A stretch of 64,000 bases of DNA from assembly GCF_009914755.1 (NCBI RefSeq), contig NC_060933.1. The stretch is one strand, 5' to 3'. This document shows positions 44,393 through 61,730 of the stretch, one piece after another. How positions within the stretch are numbered: position 1 is the first letter of the stretch; every line of letters begins with the position of its first letter. The notes under the pieces are model-generated. The model was given only the letters and a program-made list of their open reading frames with translations. It did not search any database and had not been told where the DNA came from. Origin of the DNA: the human T2T-CHM13v2.0 reference genome, Homo sapiens. A program made the position numbers and the translations under genes.

Positions 44393-45092
44393 CATTCGGT
44401 CATTTTTAGGCTCGAAAACAGTCAATATAAAATAGAAATCATATTTTGGGGGGTGTCAAGGGAAATCTTTACACAGACTGGGAGGGAATTTACAACATCT
44501 CGAGAAAACGTTCTCTTCACCGATGGGTGAAGAGCCTGAGAAAAAGCCCATAGGGATGTGAGGGAATTCACACATCTATTCACTGTACCCGAGTGGGTTC
44601 CCACCTGCCCCCACCTGCCCCCACCTGCCTCCCTGGCAGGTGTGAATCCAGGGCTGATGTGTGGAGTTGGAGTCCTGGGGGCCAGCCCCAGCTGTGGCAG
44701 ATTGGCAGATTGTTTCGCCTTCTAGGACTCTGTTGTAGTTTCCTCTAATTTGGTCTTGAGGTCTGTCTCAAGAGCATGGGTAAAAACTCTAGCCCTGCCC
44801 TGCCAGGGCTCTAGGGATTTGGTCATGAATGTTTATAGTGTGTCTTTCATGGGACACTTCATCCTGGCAGACAGCCTAATGCCTGGGTGTCCAACCCATG
44901 ACAGGGTGTTCCTCTCACAGAAAACTTGGTTTATACTGGAAGATGCCTTTGTGGCTCTTGTCTGACCTGCTCAGTTTATTCCTACCAAGACAGCCCCTCT
45001 CCAGGAGAGCCCTGACGGGGGAAGAAGGTAGGTTTGGGTGTGTTGGTCAGGTGAGACACAGAAGAGGCAACTCAGCAAAACACATGAAATAA

Positions 45093-46020
<928 letters not shown>

Positions 46021-46515
46021 TAGCTGTCCCCTAGGGAGGTAGTCACAAGAAGGCAGTTGTATAAGCAGATATCTGGATCAACCACATTGAGGAACTGGGA
46101 AGAGGTGGAGAACTGGAAATTGTGTCTCAAGGGTGACTAAGTCCTGCTTCTGGTATGAAAAATTCCAATTTATATTCAAAACAGATGCTGAGGCAACATA
46201 AAATTATAAGAATTCACTACAGACTCATTTTCTTATCTGCATAATGAGGATAAATATGTCCTCTGTTGATTTCTTAGCTATATTTCTTAGTTACTTTTTT
46301 AGCGGTTGCCTTAGGGATTCCAGTGTGCTTCCTGAATTCATCACAATTTTCATCAGTTTAGCATGGAGTTAATTCCAGTAAAATTTGGCAAATTTACACC
46401 AATGCAGCTCTACTTCCTAGCCCCTCCTCTGTGCTATTATGGACATATATACTATATATATTATATACTCAATAAGAGAAGGGTATAATTACTGCTTTCA
46501 ACAGTAAAAGAAGAT

Positions 46516-46549
<34 letters not shown>

Positions 46550-46565
46550 CACACTCACACACACA
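46516..46565 (+). repeat. (TA)n(CA)n compound microsatellite
   Basis: Seen directly. Confidence 0.9.
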
Positions 46566-47125
46566 GAGTCTGTTATATTTACAGACATATGTACCATTTC
46601 CCATGTTCTACATTACTTCCTGTGAATCTGAGTAACCATTTGGTGCCATTTTCTTTGAGCATAAGAACTTTAGTAGTTTATCTAGGAGAGGTCAGTTTGC
46701 AACAAATTCAGTTTTTGTTTATCCAGGAATATATTTATTCTGCCTTCCATTATTGAAAGAGTTTAGTTGGATCTAGAACTCTAGTTGACAGGTTCTTTAT
46801 TTTTCCTTTCAACCCTGGAATGTGTGATTGGACTGCTGTAGGATCTCCCTGTTTTGAATGGGAAGGTGTTTGTTGATATTGTTACTTCTGTGTGATAATT
46901 CATGTTTCTCTTGCTGCCTTCCAAGATTTTCTCTTTGTCTTTATATTTCAGCAGTTTGATTATGATGTGTCTAGGTGTGGTCTGCTTGTGTTTTTCATAC
47001 TTGGGGTTTGTTGAACTTTTTGGAATGTAATTTAATGTTTTTTATTAATTTGGGAAGGTTTTAGCCATTATTTCTTTAATTTTTTTTCTACCCCTTTCTG
47101 TGTTCTTCAAATTGGACTTCTGCTG

Positions 47126-47433
47126 GTTTTGTTTGTTTGTTGTTTGTTTGTTTGTTTTTAGAGTCAAGGTCTTACTCTGTCACCCAGACTAGAGTACAGT
47201 GGTGCAATCATAGCTCACTGCAGACTTGAACGCCTCCTGGGCTCAAGCAATTCTCCTGCCTCAGCCCCCAAGCAGATGGAACTACAGGCACACACCACCC
47301 CCAGCTAATTTTTTTGTATTTTTTTTAGGGTCTTGCTATGTTGCTCAGGCTGGTCTTGAAAGTCTGGCCTCAAGTGATCCTCCCAACTCTGCATTCCAAA
47401 GTGCTGGGATTACTGGCATGAACCACTGGGACC
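47126..47433 (-). mobile_element. Alu (J-like)
   Basis: Diverged dimer. Confidence 0.88.
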
Positions 47434-49231
47434 AGTCTTTATCTATCTTTAAGTTCACTTATTTCTTCCGCCATCTCAAACCTGCTGTTAAGCCTATCTC
47501 ATCACCTTTTCATTTCAGTTATTGTAGTTTTCAACTCAATATCCATTTGGTTCTTTATTATAGTGTTTGTTTCTCTGTTGAGGTTCCCTATATATTGACT
47601 CATTGTTGGTACATTTTCCTTTAATTGTTTGAATATAGTTTAATTGTTGAATATAGTTTTCTTTAATTCTTTGACTATATTTGTAATGGCCAATTTGAAG
47701 CCTTTGTAACTTTGCAGATTAAAACAAGTATATTATTTCATAGTGTCTGTAGGTCCAAAGTCTGGCCATGGCTTAGTTGGATTCTCTGCTTAGAGTCTCA
47801 CCAATTGAGGTGTCATCTAGGGCTGTGATCTTATCTTGGACTCAGGGTCCTCTTCTAGGCTCACTGGGTGTTGGCAGAAATCACTTCCTTGGGGTGATAG
47901 GATGGACCAATGGTCTAAAAGACCATTTCCCATTCCCTGCTATGAGGCCCTCTCCACATGACATTTGCTCATTTAAGGCTAGTAGGAGAGTGTTTGTTAC
48001 TGATTCTTATCTCTTTCAAGGGGCCACTTGATTAAGTTAGGCCCACTCAGGATAATTTCCCTTCTGTTTACACAGAAGTCAACTGATTAGGGATCTTAAT
48101 TACATCCACATAATTGCATCACTGGAGTACTATACCATCATACTCACAGATCCTGTTCATACTCAAGGAGAAGGGGATTATGTGGGGTATGTACAACAAG
48201 GGGTCCTCTTAGAATTCTTGCCTACCACAGCCCACCCTCTGGCCCCCAACAATTGACATCCCTTCCACATGCAACATACATTTACACCCTCCTAAGATTC
48301 CCTGGAGTCTCATTACAGCATGAGCTCAAAGTCTAAAATGTTATCATCTTAATCTAAATATCATTGCCTTAAAGTTCAAAATCTAAATCAAGTCCAGGTA
48401 CAGATGGGCTTCTGGTTGTTAGCCAATAGGTACAGCCGCTGGGGCACAATTCCTCCCCATCTGTGGTCCTGGGAAACTAGAGTTATCTGCCCCAGCATTC
48501 TCAATATACAGTGGTGGGACAGGCACAGGATTACAGTTGCAGACATTCTGGGTCAAAAAGTGGGGAATGCAAAGTCAAAAGGCATCATGAGTCTGCTGAG
48601 TCTATCACGGTTTGGAAATCCAGCCAGGCAAATATTTGACTATTTTTGATTAGCTTGCAAGACCTAGGAATAATCTCAGGGGCTCTTAGCTCCTTCCTCT
48701 GGGCATGGTTCCACCCTCTCATCACTCTTCCTTTTTTATAAGAGATAGCACATATTTGCAGCTCAGTAGTTTTATCAGCCTGCTTCCTGACTTTTTTAGC
48801 GCAAGCTGGCAGCATTTCTACTTGGACAATTTTCTCAAGAACTCTGTGGGTCTTGCATGGATTTCAGTGGTTTTCATTCCACCAGACAGAAGCCACATCC
48901 GCAGATCTTTGCAAACTAATTCCTTTTCGATGTTGGCCTCCTGCTAAGATGGCTGAGGAATAATGGCCTTGAGCTCCCTAGCTGTCCCTGACTGAGTCGA
49001 GAAGATATGTGAGGTGCACACACCCTTCATCTCTCGAAAGAGCCCCTTGTGGGACTGAGTACTCTGATCTTTTGATCTTTCTGAGGTTTTAGCCAAAGGC
49101 TGTACAGCCACACACTCAGCCTCTTCTCTATGTCACATTTTCCACAGCCATTGACTTTTAGCACCTTTTGCCACCTGGAGAGGTGGAGTTTTTTCTAAAC
49201 AATTCAGTCCTAGTTCATTTTTGTGCCATGG

Positions 49232-49235
<4 letters not shown>

Positions 49236-49271
<36 letters not shown>
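49236..49271 (+). repeat. (CT)n microsatellite
   Basis: Perfect dinucleotide run. Confidence 0.95.
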
Positions 49272-49274
<3 letters not shown>

Positions 49275-49466
49275 TCACTCACATTTTACTCTAAGCATCA
49301 AGGAGAAACCAAGCAGCATTGGCAACATTGGATGAAAATCTCCTTTTGCTGCACAACAAAGCTCATCCCTTACTTCCACACACTGTACTTAAAATAAATA
49401 ATAAATAAATAAATGGTTCATCTTTTATAAGTTCTGCTTTCCACATAACTTCAGGAGACAATTTTT

Positions 49467-51012
<1,546 letters not shown>

Positions 51013-51124
51013 CAGGAAACAATTTTGTTAAGGTTTCTGCCACTATCCAGCAAAGATCCCTTTCCTCCAGTTTCCAATGACATGTTCCTCACTTCCTTCC
51101 TCTTATTGCCATATTGTGAATATC

Positions 51125-51362
51125 AGTCTGTCGCCCAGGTTGGAGTGCAGTGGTGCAATTATAACTCACTGCAGCCTCGAATTTCTGGGCTCAAGTGATC
51201 CTCCTGCCTCAGCTTCCTAAGTATGTGGGAGTACAGGCATGCACCACCATGCCCAGCTAATTTTTAAAAATTATTTTTTGTGGAGACGGAGTCTCACTTT
51301 GTTGCCCACGCTGATCTTGAACTCCTGTCTTCCAGCAATCCTCCTGCCTCGGCCTCCCAAAG
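51125..51362 (-). mobile_element. Partial Alu (J-like)
   Basis: Truncated at both ends. Confidence 0.85.
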
Positions 51363-52169
51363 CAACCATCCACATTTCTACAAGGAGATGCAGGCTTTAT
51401 CATGCTCCTCAAAATCCCTCCACCCTTCTCCATTTTAGGTATTTGTTACAGCAACATCTCACTTCCAGGCACCGAAATCTGTATTAGTTTTCTATGGCTA
51501 CGCAGCAGCTGAAAATACCCATTTATTATCTCACAGTTCCTGTAGGTCAGAAATCAGGGCTTGCTTGGCTCAACTGGGGATCGCAGCTTTGGATCTTGCA
51601 GGCTGAAATCAGGGTGTTGGCTGGGACTGGTGTCTCATCTGAGCCTTGGTGTCTTCTTGCAAGCTCACTGTTTTTTGGCAAAATTCATTCCTTGTGGTTG
51701 TAGGACTGAGAACCTCAGCTCCTAGAGGCCACCTGCTGAGAGTGTCTGCTGCTGGCTTTGAAGAAGTGAGCTGCCACGTTGTCACAGGGCCACGTGCCTT
51801 CGACCTGAGTGTGGCCTCTAGGCGCTCAGAGTGGCCAAGTTCATGCTGAATTCCTGGAAATGGAGACTCATCAGTGGGATTATTATGTTAATAGCAATGT
51901 AGACAATGCAGGTGCATTGGAAACTTGGGCTCAGGAGCAACCATCGCTGTCATCAGATATTTACTTACCATTCAAGAAGATTCTGTTTTGAAAATTTCCA
52001 AAAATTCTCAAGAAATGGAATCTTTGTCATGTGACAGGCCCTTTACATGTCAGTTGGAAAGGATGTGTTTTATTTCTAGGGGCCAATTCTGGATTTCTTT
52101 ATAGGTTGAATATCTGTTCAACTTAAATTTCCTTTGCTAACCTACTTTCCTTTTCTCCTCCTATTAAAA

Positions 52170-52650
52170 TAGCGCTTTTCACACTTTCATGTGCATAGTG
52201 GGAATCCCCTGGCATCTTGTTAAAAGGCAGATTCAGGCCAGGCGTGGTGGCTCACGCCTGTAATCCCAGCTCTTTGGTAGGCCGAGGCAAATGGATCACT
52301 TGAGGTCAGGAGTTCGAGATCAGCCTGACCAACATGGTGAAACCCCATCTCTACTAAAAATACAAAATTAGCCAGATGTGGTGGCACATGCCTGTAATTC
52401 CAAACTACTCGGGAGGCTGAGGCAGGAGAATCACTTGAACCCAGGAGGCGGATGTTGCAGTGAGCCAAGATCAAGCCATTGCACTCCAGCCTGGGAGACA
52501 GAGCGAGACTCCATCTCAAAATTAAAAACAAAAAAAGGCAGATAGATTCAGGTTCAGTAGGTCTAGGATGGGGTCTGAGATTCTGCATGTCCCCTAAGCT
52601 CTTACATAATGCAATTGCTGCTGGTCTGTGGACCACATTTTGAGTAGCAA
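52170..52650. mobile_element. MER5-type hAT element split by an Alu
   Basis: gcagattcag...ggtctaggatggggtctgagattctgcat...ggaccacattttgagtagc. Confidence 0.6.
52236..52537 (+). mobile_element. Alu
   Basis: TSD aaaaggcagat. Confidence 0.95.
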
Positions 52651-53348
52651 CATATATGTGAGAATGAGACGGAGAGGAGAAAGCGCCTGGTTAGCCAGGC
52701 AGTCATGTCTTCCTTGCACACACACACTAGATGGTGTTGTCAGCTCAGGAAACATGACAGTGCTTTCCTGGAGACCAAGTCTATTGGTCTAAAAATTCTC
52801 CAAGTCAGAGATCCCGGGATGGCAGACTTGGAAGGCTCCCAGAGATCATCTAGTGCCAGATGTAGCCGATGGGGAACTGAAGCCAGGGAGGGAAGAGGTT
52901 TGCTGGATATCACGCAGCAAGTCAGGGACCAATTCCCATCATTCCACTTAGCAGTCAGTGTTCTAAATGTGGCCTGGGTGTGTCACTTTTCTTAAAGTGT
53001 TAAAGTGGTACTCTCTCCTTCTTTTTAAAAATTGTAGCTTCAAAAATTGGCTTTGCTATATTACATTGTATACATTTTAAAGTCAAATTAATTTCCTATC
53101 TTAACAAAAAGTTCTAGAGACTTTGCCACGCAGCTTGGTGTATCATAGCCACAATATTTATTTAATTAGTGAAGTTGGAAATACTGGCCTCTTACAGTCT
53201 CCTAATGTTTGTGAGGTTTAATACACTACACACCAAATTTCTCACACCTATACACAACTTCCAAGGTTTTTTTTTTTAAAACAAACATTTTATTTGATCT
53301 TATGAAGTCAGTTAGCTGAAGGTTGCTACCTTCTGTTTGCAGCTGCTG

Positions 53349-53392
<44 letters not shown>
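53349..53392 (+). repeat. (AAT)n microsatellite
   Basis: ~14 perfect units at the end of a MIR-like sequence. Confidence 0.95.
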
Positions 53393-53394
<2 letters not shown>

Positions 53395-54311
53395 TACTAT
53401 GTGTTCAGCACTTTTCTAAGCACTTCATATAAATGAGCTAATTTAATTCTCAAAATTAAAAACATTCCACCTCCCGCCCACCACCCCTGCTTTAAAAGGT
53501 AAGGACATTGAGACTCAGAGAGGGTAAGGAACTGGTCTAAGTTTGCACAGATAATAAGCGGCAGGGCTGGGATTTGCACTTAGTCTTGCTCCAGAGCTCA
53601 AACAGCTCTGTCTTCCTCTCTCTGGGAGGGGAGGAGAGGGCCTGCCCAAGTCACGCAGCTCATATTCCCTGATCACTCTTAATCCATGTACACAACACTG
53701 CCAGTTACAGCCTGACGGTTAATGAGAGTCTGTCCTGCTTGGAGAGTGCAGGAGTTTATAGCTGATTGATATCTCTGGGCAAGCACATTTCTTTCCAAAG
53801 TGTCAAGTCAAGGAGAAGAACTAGGGACAGGGCTCCAAGTTCAGAGTTGCCTGTGGACCAGACCTGCTCCTCCACATGCAGCTGTCCGGGTGGAATTCCA
53901 TCCTTGCCCATGTCACACTCTGCCCTCTTTCTCTTTCAAACAGGATGCGGGTGGGAGGTATGTCTTCAGTTTCCCTCTCTGAGGTTCTTGCTGCTCAGTC
54001 AGAGAGGCCTACAGGCAGTGGCCAAATTGACTGCGATTGCTTCATCCAGCCCTTACCCATCTTCAGTGTGCTTAATACCCAGGGGATAGAGAGTTCTGTC
54101 TCAATCGCCATGTCATGATTCCTTTCTGAATCATCTTGAACTTTCTTTTACGAGGTAAGGGTCAGTGGAACAGATTGCTCATGAGAATCTTAAGACAGTT
54201 ATTTCAGTATCCTATAAAGAAATTGCCAGAATGGGTGTGTCTGTTGGGTGGCTTGAGTTATTAACTCAAGCGTGATTGCAAAGCACCACTGGATTCTAAT
54301 TGCCAACAGTT

Positions 54312-54614
54312 ATTTTTCATTTATTTATTTATGAGATGGAATCTCGCTCTGTTACCCAGGCTGGAGTGCAGTGGCACAATCTCGGCTGACTGAAATCTCC
54401 ATCTCCTGGGTTCAAGCAATTCTCCTGCCACAGCCTCCTGACTAGCTGGGATTATAGGCACCTGCCACCATGCCTAGCTAATTTTTGCATTTTTAGTAGA
54501 GACGGGGTTTCAACACGTTGGCCAGGCTGGTCTTGAACTCCTGACCTCAGGTGATCTGCCTGCCTTGGCCTCCCAAAGTGCTGGGATTACAGGCATAAGC
54601 CACCGTGCCTGGCC
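54312..54614 (-). mobile_element. Alu
   Basis: TSD ccaacRgttattt. Confidence 0.95.
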
Positions 54615-55170
54615 ACCAACGGTTATTTTAACAAGCAAATTACTGGGTTATAGACCTTGAAGGGACTTTAGAAGTCATGTGCTCAACTCCTTCCTAATGC
54701 AGAAATTCCTCCTCCACGTTCCCAATACACAGCCAGCTGACCCTAGCTTGTCCACTGCCACTTACTCCACAGCCATCCCGTTCTGTTCTTGGGTGGCTTC
54801 CTGATGAAGCGGGAATCACTTTCCCTGCAACTTCCCTTATTGCTCTGGGATCCCTCTGAGGCCACCCAGTGCGTTTGCTCTCTCTGCTCCAGGACACCCC
54901 TCAGAAAGTCAAGTAGGGAGGATATGGCCTTACACTTACTCTGCTCCAGGCTAAGCAGCCCTAGTTTCTTCATTGTGGTGTGTGGTTTTCACTGGGATTC
55001 TGGGAGTGAGTGAAGACAGAGGTTTGCATGAAATCTGCTGCATTTTACCAAAAATCAAGACTGTCTTCTGTATCCTTACAGAGAGGTCCAGGCCAGCTCA
55101 GGCTGACCCCCAAATGCTGTGAGGGTAGTAAAACATTGGCAGGCTGTGGGGTGGGGACTGGCTGCGTGCA

Positions 55171-55220
55171 TGTGTGTGTGTGTCTGTGTGTGTGTGTGTG
55201 TGTGTGACAGAGAGAGAGAG
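55171..55220 (+). repeat. (TG)n(GA)n compound microsatellite
   Basis: Seen directly. Confidence 0.9.
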
Positions 55221-55288
55221 AAAACCAGAAATGGTGTGAGACCCCAAACCTTCATTTTCCATAATAGGAAGTCAAGAATAATCATCTA

Positions 55289-55814
<526 letters not shown>

Positions 55815-57156
55815 TTATTAGTAGGGAAAAAATTAGGGACCTTAGTTTGCCTTTGTTTGGCATGATCGATTGAAAACAGGCCAGGATTTGCAGTAGGAGA
55901 GACCTGAGTATAAATTCTGCTTGGTCACATGGACTTTGAGCAAGTTACTTACCCACTCCGAGCCACGATATCCTCTTCTGTATTATAGGGGCAGTGCTAC
56001 TACCTCTGAGGGGGTGGTGAGGATTGAAGGAGGTGAGGGGGGCCAAGCTGGGAGCCTGGGGCACCAGCCAGAATCAGAGCTCAGGGACCACTTCCTGAGG
56101 GAGAGAAGATGCTGACCAGACAAAGATCCCAGGTTGCTCAATCCCAGAAGTGTCCTGGGAACCAGATCAGCCTCAGCCAGCAGAGTGTCTGGGAACTGTT
56201 GCTCTTCACAGAAGCCCTGAGTTCTGTGCTGTTTGCTGCATGTGGTAGAACAAAGAGGTCCTTGGAGGTTCCCAATCCTCCTTCCTTCTCCATCTGCAGG
56301 AATATCAACTTTTCAACACTTCTCTTGTAATTAGTCCATCTCCCTGGGAAAACATTGAATCCAAGAGCTGCAGGGATGTTTAGGGTTCATTTTATCCAAT
56401 CTTTTCACTGTGGAGTTGAGGGCACGGCTCCCTCAGAGAGCACAGGAAGGGGCCCCAGAGGCTAGTTCATAGTTTGTGCCTGGAGAAGGGAGGATGAACT
56501 TCGGCCACTCTGCAGAACCCTGCGGGCAGTAGGATTTGGAAGACTCAGGGAGCTTGTCCTGATGTGGACTGGGCTCTGTGCACAACCTTTGCAACCAGAA
56601 GCTGAAGGGAAATCAAACTGCCTTTTCTGGGTCAGATTCTGGACAATTCTGGGAACTTGTCTGCAGAACAAATTGATTTATGGGGACCCAGCTGTGAGGA
56701 ACTGTACAAAACAGGGATCAGAGGAGATACACTCCAGATGTGGCTTCATTAAAAGCAGGGAGAGAAAAATACGGCTGAAGGGCTTCTTAGGTCCATTGGG
56801 CCGTGACTCGGAGTCTTGGGAGAAAGTATGGCAAGGGCCTGTGGCATCAAGCGGCTGACTTTGAGCTGGATAGCAGCTTAGAATTCATTCTGTCCAACCT
56901 CCAGACACTAGGGATGGGGAAGCCAGAGGCCTAGAGAGCAAAGGGGCTGATTCGGTATCACACAGCCAGGGTAGCCAAGGTTGGGACCAGAACCCACGTC
57001 TTCTGCTGCCAGTTCCAACGTCTGTCCCATCACCTGCCCCTGCCTCTCACTCTAAGAGTCTGCCTTTTAGAAACCAACTCAAGGCTGTTTTCTTAATTAA
57101 AAGCCAATCTCACTGTGTTGGTGAGATTGGCCACACTTTGAAGAATGAGGCCAGGC

Positions 57157-57200
<44 letters not shown>
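57157..57200 (+). repeat. (ATCT)11 microsatellite
   Basis: Perfect tetranucleotide run. Confidence 0.95.
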
Positions 57201-57201
<1 letters not shown>

Positions 57202-59984
57202 ATTAGCTTTCTTGGATGGAAAAGATCCTTTTGTATTGCCCAGAGGGAATCCTTGCCCTAATGCTGGGGTGAAAAACTTCCTCCCCATCTCACAGACTTC
57301 CAAGGCTCTCGGCAACACTTTCCATTGGAGTAGTTGGTTCTTTGTCAGGTGTCTGCTCTCTGTCTTCTGAGGGTGCAGGTGGAGGTGGTCCAAGAGACGG
57401 GAGCATGATCCTCTCCAGCTGCATTGTCTCTGTTGGGAATGGATTTCAGTTTTCTGATGCTCGGAAACTAGATTCACATTTGGTAGAATCTCAAATCCAG
57501 CTTGGTTTCCCATTCCTATAACAGCATTCCTGATGTGTGTGAAATTCTTCTTTTTCTTTAACACTTTAATTTTCCCAGATTATTTAAAAATATAAGATTA
57601 CTGCTGAAAATCTGGAAACTACACAAGAATGTAAAGAAACCACTTAAGTTCTCACTACCCAAAGACAGCACCATTTGGAATTACGTCCTTCCAGTCTTTT
57701 TTCGTGATCACACTTCCTTTCATTTGGCTGAAATTGGCTGGATAATAACTTTTGCCCAGTGAGCATAGTTCTGTTGCTTGGAAAAAGGCAGAATTAGTCT
57801 CCTTCCTAACAAAAGTTCAGATGCATGAAGTCAACATCTGTCCCCAGATTCTTCCTACCTCTGGGAAAAAACCTCAACCCCATTTAAATGCCAAGGTTTA
57901 TAACAGCACTTCTGATTATTACCATTTACTAAGTGTGCACTACTTGTAAGGTACAGTGCTAACTAATTCTCATACATTCCTTGTTTAATCTTCACAACAA
58001 CCTCATGAAGGAGGCATTTTCTAGCTCCAAGTTTTAAAAGAAACTGAGACTCAAAGAGAATGGGTCCCATTTAGGCTGACGGGAACCAAGTTCAGTGAGA
58101 TGAGAGCCTCCTTTATTCTGGACCCTTTATCTCTATTATGGTGGCCAGAGGACACAGCAGCATTCCTGATGCTTTATCAGAACTGCCCCTTGAATGCCAT
58201 GCTTGCAAAGCAAACTTTTACATTTGTTCCTGACAAATTAATCTCTTTCATTCTGGCTCATAAAGACCTTTTTTTCCCTCATAAAAATCTCTGAGGCAAC
58301 ATGACTCATGTAGAATTCCTGGAAACAATATTTTTAAAAAGCCTCCTAGCTATAGCACCTGGCACACACGACACATCCCATACCTGGTTACTATTACTAC
58401 AGAAGGCAGGTGACACTGTTTGTTTCGTTCCCTGGGTTTCCCTCTGTTCCCCACAGTAGAACAATGGGCTAAAAGTAGCTCTGTGCTAAGGAGGGCCCAT
58501 CCGCTGTGGTTGGTCTCTGAGGTGGCTTCCAGAAGCATCCATCCTTTCCAGCTATTGGCAGAAACAAGAAGCCAAGAAGATACTTCCTTGAATGTGGGCC
58601 CATCTGCTCTCATGCCTGGCTCTGCTCTCCCTCATCATCCCTCCCATTTGCGGGTGGGGTGGGTTTGTCTGTCCTTGGTGGGAAGACCTCTTCCCTCCCC
58701 AGCCCTCAGACCCCAAATCCATGACACCACAGCCCACCTTGCTGCTACTTCGGCTGCTGATTCCTCACCCACGTTGCTCAGAAGTGACATTCCTTTTAGT
58801 GGGGTGGAGCTGTTGAAATGGATTTTAAAATATGGGTTGAATTTGAATTTTTGGTTGTTTTCTAAATTTGGTCACAATCATGTCTTCTTGTTCTAAAACA
58901 AGAGAGAAAGGAAGCAGCTGCCCTCTGGGAAGCCTCCAGAGAGGAGAGGGGAAGAAGAAAGCCCTCACGTGTCTCTGTTGATTGTTCTGCTTCCTTCCTG
59001 AGCTCTCTAAAGCCAGGTCTGTAGGAGTGGAAGGAGATAGACATGGCCCTGAAGATGCCCACTTGGTATCCCTGGCCTGGGAAACTCTTGCAGGGCACAC
59101 CATAGCCACCCAACAAGGCTACTGGCTCCTGCTCATGCCAGACCGGTGTGCTCTGCCCTGTGGGGAACGGAAAACACAGACACTGTCCCCACCCTGGGGA
59201 GCAAATCCCACTTGAATCTGGCCAATATAATTCAAGGCAGATACAGAGAGGTGCAAGGAGCCCAGATAAAGGAGTGACCTTGTCTTCATTAGAGGGGGTG
59301 ACATTTGTGCCACCTCAGAAGGCTGAGTAGGCTCCAGATAGTCTGTGGAGCAGGGGAGGGCAGTCCAAGGGTGGACATGGAGGCCAGGAATGGGGGGAGG
59401 GGGGATCCTACAATATGGAGAAGGGAGGCTGGGCAGGGGAGGCCACAGCCTGGCTGGGTCCACATCTTCAAGGGTTGGATGCCAAGCTGAGTTTAGATTT
59501 CATCTTGGAGGCAAAGAGGAGAAATGGTCTGTGCAGTGAGGACAAGGTTGCAGCTGGCCAAGCAGTGGTTTCCTCCCATTGCATCATCCTTCCTCAAGCG
59601 TCCATCCCCCACGGAGGGAGCTGCAGAGGGCTGGGATTCTGCAAAGGGCTGTGTGGTTTGGCTTCTGTCCCCAGCCCTGAACTAAACCTTTCCTGCCAAG
59701 GTCAGGGACCTCTCATTTACTAAATCCTTTGAAAAGTTTTCTTCCTCATGTGCCTGAATCTCACTGCTGCATTTGGCCTGGTCTGTCCCTGTCTCTTGTT
59801 GAGATACTCTCCTCTTGTGGCCTGTGGCCACCACACATCTGGGTTCTCCATCTACTCTCCCTGCTTCTCAATCACTTCTCTGGGCTTCTTCTCCAGCATT
59901 CTTAAGTCACATTCCCCAGGATTCCATGAGACCTGCTTGTGACCCTTCATGCTTTTCCTGGGGGATCTCAAACACGGGTGTGGC

Positions 59985-60637
<653 letters not shown>

Positions 60638-61258
60638 TATCTATCAGGAATTATATCAGAAGTAGCAGAAACCTGTAAAACAGTGATTGAATCAAATTGA
60701 GGTTTTATTTTTCTTAGGTAAGAGGAAGTTCAGATTTAGGCATTTCTAGGCTGATACAATGTCTCTGTGGTGCTGAGGGATGGAGGCTCCTTCTGTCTTT
60801 CCACACGGCCTTGTTTAGTGTCTTCCTGTGACCTGTGGTTGTAAGATGGCTGCCTCCTCTCACCCCTCCAAGCATTGAGCCTGTCTTCATTCAAGGAGAC
60901 GGGAAACCTGCCAGCTGAGTCTGTCTTCTGTTAAAGAGCTTTCCTGGGGGCTCCACCAGTGATGTCTATTTACATCTCTGCATCAGTCAGTTATTGCCAG
61001 GGTAATGCTCTGTAACAACCACTCCCAAATTCAGGCTCGGCTCATCTGAGCAGTAGTCCAGACTTGGATCGGCTGGCCTTGGCTCTAAGAGCACTAGTTC
61101 TGGGATCTAGAATTTGCTGGGATCCGAGCAAGCAGTGATTACCTGGGTGGGTTCTTCTAATGGTGAATCATGAAAAGAAGGAAACCAAACTATGCAAGCA
61201 AATAAAAGGTTTCTGCTTATTCCTTCCACTAACATTCCAAAGGAAGTCATGTTACTAA

Positions 61259-61730
<472 letters not shown>

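Larger units (their letters stand above)
46230..47700 (-). mobile_element. Old L1M fragment
   Basis: T-rich degenerate L1 sequence (tttgattatgatgtgtctaggtgtgg). Confidence 0.55.

Noticed and set aside
58420-58896. 158 aa ORF in downstream unique DNA
   Set aside because: Non-ATG start, no recognisable domain or splice structure
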